64,000 nt of DNA, taken from NCBI RefSeq assembly GCF_006345805.1, contig NC_043010.1:35898001-35962000 (forward strand), given 5' to 3'. Shown piece by piece: positions 56,301-64,000 of the stretch. Within the stretch, counting starts at the first letter, position 1. Each line of letters starts with the position of its first letter. This DNA is from Octopus sinensis. Lineage: Eukaryota. The translations under genes were made by a program, and so were the position numbers. The notes beneath the pieces were generated by a model, which saw nothing but the letters and a program-made list of their open reading frames with translations, was not told the DNA's origin and did not search any database.

Positions 56301-59300
56301 GAAATTGCCACGTAACTCCATAAGCACTGCAAAAGAAGGCAATGGACAATGATGGTGGTGGTGGTGGTAACAATAATGAATGTGGTGGTGGTGATGCTAG
56401 TGGTGGTAGTGATTGTGATAGCAGAGAGGAGGTAGTGGTGGTGGTGGTGGTGGTGGTGGTGTTCATGTGAGTGTGTGTGTGTATATGTGTATATATAAGT
56501 GTGAGCATTTATTTGATTATTTGACTTCTTTCTATGAAAAGAGGATAATTTCTAACAAAGAAAACAAATCTTATTTGCTGAAGTTTATATAACAGCAACA
56601 GTTAAGGTCACATGTTGAATTTTAGAAAAATCTTGTATATAGGCACAGGAGTGGCTGTGTGGTAAGTAGCTTGCTTACCAACCACATGGTTCTGCGTTCA
56701 GTCCCACTGCATGGCACCTTGAGCAAGTGTCTTCTACTATAGCCTCGGGCCGACCAAAGCCTTGTGAGTGGATTTGGTAGACGGAAACTGAAAGAAGCCT
56801 GTTGTATATATGTATATATATGTGTATATGTTTGTGTGTCTGTGTTTGTTCCCCCAACATCACTTGACAACCGATGCTGGTGTGTTTACGTCCCCGTAAC
56901 TTAGCGGTTCGGCAAAAGAGACCGATAGAATGAGTACTGAGCTTCCAAAGAATAAGTCCTGGGGTCGATTTGCTCGACTAAAGGCAGTGCTCCAGCATGG
57001 CCACAGTCAAATTACAAACAAGAGTAAAAGAGTAAAGAGAGAGAGTATTTCTATTGCTCCATTCACAGATTATATTTGTGAAGTGTGTGTTATCTGGTCA
57101 TTTTCTTGCATAAAAACACCAGCTCTTTTAAGATTACTACTTCGGCATTCAGTAACACTAGCCAAGAGCACCAATAGTCATAGCTACAAATGTAAATTTA
57201 TTATATATATCATCATCATTTAACATTTGTTTTTCATGCTGTCATGGGTTAGATGAGTGTTTCTCAACCATTTTTTAATCTATGGAACCCTTTGATCCCT
57301 GTTTTATTCAGATGGACATTCCTCGCCATTTGATGTTAAAAAAATCATAATATATTTTTATAATTAAATATTATAAGGAATTATATCAAAAGAAATTTTT
57401 AAAATATTTAGTGTAATGTTGACACATAACCAGTTTATTGCAAATAAAGCTTAACAAAATTTTTTATGGACCTCCAAGGGCCATATGGACTCTGGATGAG
57501 AAGCATTAGGTTAGATGGTTTGACAAAATCCAGTGAATCACAGAGGCTAGGCCAAGCTCCAATGTCATCTTTGGTATGGTTTCTATTGCTGAGTGGCCTT
57601 CCTGATGTCAGCCACTTTGCAGCGAGTAATGGAACTTCTTTCATGCCACCAACTCCAGTGTGATTGCCAAGTAACTGGCAAGACAGACAAAGAACAGGAA
57701 CAAAGGGAAAGGAAAATGGTCTTCCTACTAAGCAAGGTGGTGAGAGCATATGGAGGGATGGAGGTGGCTTTATGCCAAGGTTTGAAAGGTATGTTGTTAT
57801 TCAATTCATTTCAAGATTTCTTGCCAATACAGAAAGACCCGGTTTCTATGTAGTAAGAATGTAATAGTTACCTTCTCTGGATCGAGTCTCTTCATTTCTA
57901 GAAATAAGCAGAAAACGAGGACTTTCTGGACAAAATATCAAAAGTGGTAACTGTATGGCAGCTGGAATGAACGTCAGACCTGGATAATCAGAGTAAAAGA
58001 TACATGTATTGATGCTGTTGACTAACCGTGCTCAACTCAGCTTGAACAGATGTAAGACCAAAAAGACAACCAATTCATTTATTTGTATGGCACAGACACA
58101 ACTGTGTGCTAAGAAGATTGCTTCTCAACCACATGGTTCCAGGTTCAGTCCCATTGTGTGGTACCTTAGGCAAGTGTCTTCTGATTTAGCTTCAGGCCAA
58201 CTAAAACCATGTGAATGGATTTAGTAGACGAAAACTGAAAGAAACCCATTTGATGTGTGCATGAGTGTGTATGTCTTTGTTCCCCCATCACTGATCAACG
58301 ACCAGTGTTGGTTTGTTTACGTCCCTGTAACTTTACGGTTCAGCAAAAATGAGTCTGATAGAAAAGAATCAGGCTTTAAAAAAATAAATAAATAAATATT
58401 GCGGTAGTGGTTTGTGTTTGTTTGTATGTATGTACCCTAGATCACATAGTTGTGAAACAAGTTACTTAACTGCAGAGCCATACTTGCACCTTATACTTTA
58501 TAAATTTAGCTGCATTATTACATTAATAGTTTTAAAGGTGGCAAGCTAGTAGAATCGTCAGCATGCTGGACAAAATGATTAGTGGTATTTTTCCCATCGC
58601 TACGTTCTGAGTTCAAATTCTGCCAAGGTCATCTCTGCCTTTAATTCTTTTAGAGTTGATAAATTAAGTACCAGTGAAATACTGGGGTCAATGTAATCGA
58701 CTAGTCCCCTCCCCCACAAATTTTAGGCCTTATGTCTGCAGTACAAAGGATTATATTACATAATTTATAATGAATTATAATCAGGTATAAATGAGAAAGG
58801 CGAGCTGACAGAAACGTTAGCACGCCAGGCGAAATGCTTAGCGGTATTTCGTCTGCATTACGTTGTGAGTTCAAATTCCGCCGAGGTCGACTTTGCCTTT
58901 CATCCTTTCGGGGTCGATAAATTAAGTACCAGTTACACACTGGGGTCGATGTAATCGACTTAATACCTATGTCTGTCCTTGTTTTGTCCCCTCTGTGTTT
59001 AGCCCCTTGTGGGTAATAAAGAAATAGGTATAAATGAGAAAGCATAATGAGTTGTAATTTTGATGAGTTACAAGTTACAATTTAGGTTAGTTATAATCAT
59101 CGACATCATTTTAATGTTCACTCTTCCAATGCATGCATGGATCAGATGTAAGTCATCGAACCAGATTTTCTATGGCTGGATGCCCATCCTGTCACCAATC
59201 TTCACCTGTTTCCAAACCATTTCCCATGGCCAGGCGTTTTTCACAGAAGACTGGAGACAAACGACATCATCATTTGTATGAAAGTTGATGATATCCATTT

Positions 59301-62300
59301 ACAACCATCATGCAAAGATGCATACATACAAGCACAAACACACACACACACACACACACACACATGGCCTTTTGGCTTAAATCAAAGAGCATTACTTACC
59401 AAGTAATATGGGCCATGAGGATTCAGTACCCATGAGTTCAGGAAAACCTAATACTTGTGATATGAGGACCCCAAGAGTTATACTCAGCTGGTGCACAACA
59501 CCCAGTGCTCCTCGGATATTGGCCGGGGCAATTTCCGACAAATACATTGGAGTGAGGACTGTGGTTAGACCTTCAAAACAGAACCAAAATAACAATGGAA
59601 TAAGAAGGTAAATTAGGAGGTAAATAAATTTTGTAAGTTAAATATCTGAATAGGAAATTAAAATTATAATTTCATTTATATTACTTGTTTTTCAATATTT
59701 CTGTCAATTTTTGAATGGGCGCTATAAGAGGGAGTTACAAGAAGGCTCTATGGGTGAGAGCTATGAATGAGCACTACAAGTGGGAGCTATGAGGAAGCAC
59801 TATGAGTGGGAGTTATGAGTGGGTGTCATGAGTGGTTGCTATAAGTGGGAGGTACAAGTGTGCACCCCAAGTGGATAATATGAGAGAGCACTACCAGTGG
59901 ATACTATGAGAGGGTACTACAAGTGGGCAGTATGAGTAGGAGCAACAAGTGGACTACTATGAGTGAGTGTTGTAAGTGGGTGTTACGAGTGGGAGTTATT
60001 GGATACAACAGTGGGTGCTATGTGAGTGGGCATTATGAGTGGGAACTACAATTAGGCAATATGAGTGGGTGCTATTATAGGATGCTATTAGTGGGAGTTA
60101 CAAGTGGGTACTATGAGAGGGCAATGTGGGTACTAGTAGGTACTATGAGTGGGCATTGCAAGTGGGTGTTAAGTGGGGAAACTATTAGTGGGCACAAAAG
60201 TGGGCACTGCACAAGTGGGCATAATGAATAGGTGTTACATGTGAAAATTATGAGGACAAGTTGCAAGAAAATAAAGAACATGGAAGAAGACAAAAGGAGA
60301 GTGAAAGAAAAAGGAAAGACTAAAAGATGTAAAAGAATGAATGAAAAATGCTCAGAAGAATTCAAATTGTTTGTTGAAATGTAAAGAATAGATAAGAAAA
60401 ATAATCATTGGAAGAAGGCTTAGCAAAGAGTTTTGGAAATGAAAGATTTACAAAGAAAGCAGAGGACTTACCACAATTGACTCCCAGAACCAACCGACCA
60501 ATAATAATCATCTCGAAAGACTTGCATGTTTTGCTAAGTACAATTAATACAGAACCAAGAACACCAATTGGACAATTCAGCATGATTCCTCGCTTTCTTT
60601 TAAAACAAAATAAATATAAAATAAAAAATAATAAAGAAAAAAGAAAAAAAGAAAAAAGTTAAAAGAATTATCCAGCTGAACTTTTTTTTTTTAAATGAGC
60701 ATTTATTGTTGTTGTTTACTTCAACTGGATACTATGAGAGGGTACTAAAAGCGGGCAGTATGCGTAGTAGCAACAAGTGGACTATGAGAGGGCATAAGTG
60801 GGTGTGACCCCAAATTTGGTGAGGGTACCAAGTAAAAAGAACTGGTGATGATGCCATGTAAAAAGAACTGGTGATGGTACCATGTAAAAAGAACTGGTGA
60901 TGGTACCATGTAAAAAGAACTGGTGATGGTACCATGTAAAAAGAACTGGTGATGGTACCATGTAAAAAGAACTGGTGATGGTACCATGTAAAAAGAACTG
61001 GTGATGGTACCATGTAAAAAGAACTGGTGATGTTACCAAGTAAAAAGAACTGGTGATGGTACCAAGTAAAAAGAACTTAAGGCGGCAGGCTGGCAGAATC
61101 GTTAGCACGTCAGGCGAAATACTTAGCGGTATTTCGTCTGCCGTTACGTTCTGAGTTCAAATTCCACCAAAGTCGACTTTGCCTTTCATCCTTTCGGGGT
61201 CAATAAATTAAGTACCAGTTACGCACTGGGGGTCGATGTAATCGACTTAATCCGTTTGTCTGTCCTTGTTTGTCCTCTCTGTGTTTAGCCCCTTGTGGGT
61301 AGTAAAGAAATAGGTACCAAGTAAAAATAACTCATGTTGGTGCCATGTAAAAAGCTCTGGTGATGGTACCACATAAAAAGCACTGGTGATGGTGTTACAT
61401 CAAAAATCCCATGGTTAATTTAAAACAATTTGAATAAATAAACATTATATTTAAGAGAGTAATCAGAAGACTAAAAATCTAAATGAATAGATTAAATATT
61501 AAGAGAGAGTTTTAAGATTTACCTTCCAAAGAAGTCAGCCCAGACACCGCCAGAAAGTCCACCAATCATACCTCCAACAGCAAAGATTGCCACTATTAAT
61601 GACCAGTAATTGTTCAAATGTGAAAGCTTACTGGGTTCACCATTTCTATCTAGAACTGTAGCATTGATGAAATCCTTCACAAGCTATAATAAAAGACAAA
61701 TTGAGTTCTGTAGATTAGGTTGATTATTCTTTAAATGTGAGACATAGATATACATACACACATATATGCAAGCACATGTGCACATACATACACACACAAA
61801 CATGTGTATATTTCTTTACTACCCACAAGGGGCTAAACATAGAGGGGACAAACAAGGACAGACAAACGGATTAAGTCGATTACATCGACCCCAGTGCATA
61901 ACTGGTACTTTATTTATCGACCTTGAAAGGATGAAAGACAAAGTCGACCTCGGCAGAATTTGAACTCAGAACATAATGACAGACGAAATACCGCTAAGCA
62001 TTTCGCCCGGCATGCTAACACTTCTGCCAGCTCGCCGCCTTGAATACACACAAACATGTGTATTCAAGTACACATATGTGTACATACACACACACACTAC
62101 AGAGCTCACAGAGAAGTCAGCAAACAACATCTTTTCTCTGTAGATTTCATGAAGAAAAGGCCCTAACTCTGAAATATTGAAATACCAAATAAAATTACTA
62201 ACCATCAACCTGTATATAATTAAATTTTTTGACATACATTGTTTTGGCTTTGAGAAAGAATTCAAAAACATATATACGAAGAGGTGCTTAAAAGTTCCTG

Positions 62301-62504
62301 GCTTTGAGTGAAAGAAAATACGAGGAGGATCAGTTAATTATGATTTTATTCAACATATTCTCTTCTCAGATTCACACACTCATTGCAGCAGTCCTTCAGT
62401 TTTTCTAAGCCCTGTAAAAGAACTTGGAAGTTTGAGCTTCCAACCAGGCCTTTTGCAACACCCTTAAAGCCAGGAACTTTTCAGTACTCCCTCATGTATA
62501 TATA

Positions 62505-62536
<32 letters not shown>

Positions 62537-62819
62537 AGGGTCAAAACCTCCTTCAGTCATGAAAGACATTGGGATTTGCACCTAGAAGGTTACACTCCAA
62601 GGCATAAGTCAGGGCAAGATTGTTCTATTTATTTTTTTATTAAGGATGACCAACAATGGTAGTGGTGGTGGTGGTGGTGGTAGTGAAGTGATATAGGAAA
62701 TGACTGTGTTTGAATTGACTTACTCCTTGTGGAGAATTTATGACGCCACTGCCATAACCAAACATGAAGGATCCCATTGCTGATGCAACTATTGACAGGA
62801 ATAACTTTGCAGTCAAAAA
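45686..62819 (-). CDS. SLC2A1: Class I facilitative glucose transporter (GLUT1/SLC2A1-like), 11 coding exons in window, N-terminal exon missing
   Basis: Manually spliced exons give 1473 nt (490 aa + stop) with consistent phases and GT-AG ends. Sugar-porter motifs seen: [63 protein letters not shown]. The symbol marks the closest family member, not proven one-to-one orthology. Confidence 0.95.
46700..47228 (+). mobile_element. (AAT)n-tailed retroelement 3' region; shorter inverted copy at 4644-4909 flanked by (ATT)n on both sides
   Basis: About 265 bp shared between the two loci in opposite orientation; both end in an AAT repeat. Confidence 0.75.
47691..47818 (-). CDS. GLUT exon 11 (128 bp): [42 protein letters not shown]
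   Basis: TTCTAG acceptor, GTAAGA donor, TM10-TM11. Confidence 0.93.
49633..49708 (-). CDS. GLUT exon 10 (76 bp): [25 protein letters not shown](G)
   Basis: CACAG acceptor, GTAAGT donor, TM10. Confidence 0.92.
50805..51037. mobile_element. Tc1/mariner-type MITE
   Basis: 21-bp TIR (C/T)AGGGTTGGCCAAAAGTCACC, 20/21 match. Confidence 0.85.
51857..52330 (+). repeat. Tandem duplication (244-bp period) of a LINE-tail-derived repeat (GGCTGGATGCCCTTCCTAACGCCAACC family; relatives at ~44340-44470, 55900-56200, 59100-59230)
   Basis: Two identical units differing only in (TA)n length. Confidence 0.9.
52391..52603 (-). CDS. GLUT exon 9 (213 bp): VLYYSHSLF...[31 protein letters not shown]
   Basis: CACAG acceptor, GTGAGT donor, TM8-TM9 with GRR. 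Confidence 0.93.
53349..53568 (-). mobile_element. Short Penelope-like-derived repeat nested in the (TA)n of a MITE
   Basis: Carries the hammerhead motif; flanked by (TA)n on both sides. The Penelope origin is inferred from the ribozyme form. Confidence 0.5.
53449..53483 (-). ncRNA. Minimal type I hammerhead ribozyme motif in a GLUT intron (sense strand)
   Basis: GUUU-CUGACGA-A-GAGC(UCC)GCUC-GAAA-CG-UA-AAAC; all pairings Watson-Crick. Activity untested. Confidence 0.65.
54954..55052 (-). CDS. GLUT exon 8 (99 bp): [33 protein letters not shown]
   Basis: CCTAAG acceptor, GTAAGT donor, TM7. Confidence 0.93.
55082..55345. repeat. (TGAG)n / (GGTGAGTGATTG)n tract at the exon 8 acceptor
   Basis: Direct reading. 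Confidence 0.9.
56238..56326 (-). CDS. GLUT exon 7 (89 bp): [29 protein letters not shown]
   Basis: TTTTGCAG acceptor, GTATGT donor, intracellular helical (ICH) region. Confidence 0.9.
56645..57040 (+). mobile_element. SINE family F2 (GGAGTGGCTGTGTGGTAAG head, CORE-like segment, internal TA/TG microsatellite, AAAAGAGT tail); other copies ~3750-4160, 18120-18520, 22545-22910, 30755-30912(-), 32490-33020(-), 37875-39610 (split), 58095-58380, 63355-63730
   Basis: A/B-box-like head, CCTTGGGCAAGTGTCTT core, recurring tail. Confidence 0.9.
57255..57508. mobile_element. hAT MITE (family related to 8252-8910)
   Basis: (C)AGTGTTTCTCAA-like terminus, perfect 8-bp TSD GGTTAGAT (57247-57254 / 57509-57516). 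Confidence 0.75.
57872..57979 (-). CDS. GLUT exon 6 (108 bp): [35 protein letters not shown](V)
   Basis: Not in the ORF track; CCAG acceptor, GTAACT donor, PESPR motif. Confidence 0.93.
58800..59025 (+). mobile_element. SINE family F1 (GGCGGCGAGCTGGCAGAA head, Meta-domain-like core), representative young copy; ~20 copies or fragments in window, e.g. 1404-1792 dimer, 4943-5140, 9950-10165(-), 16452-16667, 21106-21336, 22940-23160(-), 27430-27645(-), 36175-36592 dimer, 48778-49005(-), 61078-61313, 61810-62040(-)
   Basis: Shared core GTCGACTTTGCCTTTCATCCTTTCGGGGTCGATAAATTAAGTACCAG; 17-bp TSD here. The Meta-domain label is from memory. Confidence 0.9.
59400..59570 (-). CDS. GLUT exon 5 (171 bp): [28 protein letters not shown]...WPILL(G)
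   Basis: GAAG acceptor, GTAAGT donor, conserved E146/R153/Q161 equivalents. Confidence 0.93.
59715..60230. repeat. Degenerate ~13-bp minisatellite (ACTATGAGTGGG-like); related block at ~60727-60800
   Basis: Dozens of 'ctatgagtggg / tacaagtggg' units. Confidence 0.85.
60472..60596 (-). CDS. GLUT exon 4 (125 bp): (R)[14 protein letters not shown]...[14 protein letters not shown](G)
   Basis: AAG acceptor restores the frame, GTAAGT donor, TM3-TM4. Confidence 0.9.
60832..61390. repeat. 26-bp minisatellite (GTAAAAAGAACTGGTGATGGTACCAT) split by an F1 SINE
   Basis: Nine full units at 60832-61065; degenerate units resume after 61313. Confidence 0.95.
61523..61683 (-). CDS. GLUT exon 3 (161 bp): [10 protein letters not shown]...[28 protein letters not shown]
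   Basis: Not in the ORF track; translated by hand. TATAG acceptor, GTAAAT donor, N-A-T sequon in loop 1, TM2. Confidence 0.93.
62724..62819 (-). CDS. GLUT exon 2 (96 bp): [32 protein letters not shown]
   Basis: TTTCAG acceptor, GTAAGT donor, phase 0-0, TM1 motif. Confidence 0.93.
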
Positions 62820-64000
62820 CTGAAAAAGAGAAACAAAAAAAAACATGAGAGAGTTGGGAGTTTTGAGAGAGACTAAGAGGAGGAGGAGGAGGAGGAGAGT
62901 GAAATAGGGAGACTGAGAGAGTAAAAGATTAGAGAGAGAGTAAAAGATTAGAGTGAATTAGAGAGACTAAGAGCATAAAGGAAGAGAGTGAAATAGAGAG
63001 ACTGGGAATATGAAAGAGGAAAGTGAATTAGAGAGACTAAGAGCACAACAGAATAGAATGAAATAAGAAGATTGAGAGAGTGAAAAAAAGAGGGAGAGTA
63101 AAATTCAGAATCCAAAAAAATAACAATTGTCATTAGCATCAGACAAACAATCCATGGAAAACAGATGTTAAGTGGTGATGGTCACTCAATGTAAAGAATA
63201 ATTTAGTTAGCTTCACCCTCCCCCCTTGTACATACTGCTATGTAACTTTAATCCCATTTGCCATTGTGTACTTTTAATTTACTTTGCATAACAACCAATT
63301 GGTGAAATTCCCAATTTGGTATGGAGACTTAAGCCATTTTATTGTCTTTATACTCAGGCATGGCTGTGTGGTAAGAAGCTTGCTTTCCAACCACATGGTT
63401 CTGGGTTCAGTCCCACTGTGTGGCATCTTGGGTAAGTGTCTTCTGCTCTAGCCTCATGTCAAGCAAAGCCTTGTGAGTGGATTTGGTAGATGGAAACTGA
63501 AAGAAGCCCATTGTTGTGTGTCTTTGTGTCTGTGATCATTCCTATCCATCACCGCTTGACAACTGGTGTTGGTGTGTTAACATCCACATAACCTAGCGGT
63601 TCAGCAAACGAGACCAATAGAATAAGTACCAGGCCTAAAACAGTCCTGAGGTCAATTTATTCAACTAAAACCCCTCAAGGCAGTGCTCCAGCATGGTCAC
63701 AGTCAAATCACTGAAACAATAAGAAGAAAAGAATGCACGTGAAAGTACATGGCCAAGTAGTTAGAGTGCTGCAGTCATGATTGTGAGATCATAGTTTCAA
63801 TTCCTGGATCAAGTGATGTATTTTATTCTTGAGCAAACACTTCATCTCATGTTGCTCTGTGATCACTTCAACACCTAACATGTGGCACATATATGCCACA
63901 TGTTCAGGCAACATTGATTTGATGGAGAGATTGAGCTAATTTGCATCACAAACGTTTGATCACTATAAACAAATAATTTGTGAAGGTCATTCAACAAGAA

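Noticed and set aside
56890-56950. Twister-ribozyme-like look of the F2 SINE segment UAA-CUU-AGC-GGU..ACC-AUAGAAU-AAG
   Set aside because: P2/P4-like pairings exist, but the UCC(Y)AAGC loop and its GAGGG pseudoknot partner are missing.
60832-61077. CRISPR-like appearance of the 26-bp repeats
   Set aside because: Units are head-to-tail with no unique spacers, in a eukaryotic intron.
62820-64000. Search for GLUT exon 1
   Set aside because: No ATG with a convincing phase-0 donor; the best candidates have the wrong phase or weak donors.

Overview
Repeat-saturated, AT-rich eukaryotic DNA. The SINE families and microsatellite profile point to an octopod cephalopod (inference). The one firmly supported protein-coding gene is a class I GLUT/SLC2A1-like sugar transporter on the minus strand. 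I traced 11 coding exons by hand between 62819 and the stop at 45686 (490 aa, all GT-AG, frame intact); the short first exon was not found and probably lies beyond the window. The rest is tRNA-derived SINEs, MITEs (hAT and Tc1/mariner), a Helitron-like element, a decayed full-length DD37D (maT) transposon, LINE fragments (RTE, R4/Dong), two degenerate tRNA genes (Leu-AAG; intron-containing Lys-TTT), minisatellites, microsatellites and a 100-N gap. Nearly all ORFs in the supplied track are microsatellite artefacts. Most interesting: (1) two unrelated short repeats each carry a minimal type I hammerhead-ribozyme motif of the Penelope kind, one inside a tRNA-headed SINE and one in sense orientation in a GLUT intron; (2) a ~103-bp-arm near-perfect hairpin; (3) loss of polar sugar-binding residues in the GLUT, notably N288->L; (4) young inverted SINE copies bracketing GLUT exon 3; (5) splice-signal evidence for a possible unannotated plus-strand gene with a 20-nt microexon. 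None of these has been tested computationally or experimentally.
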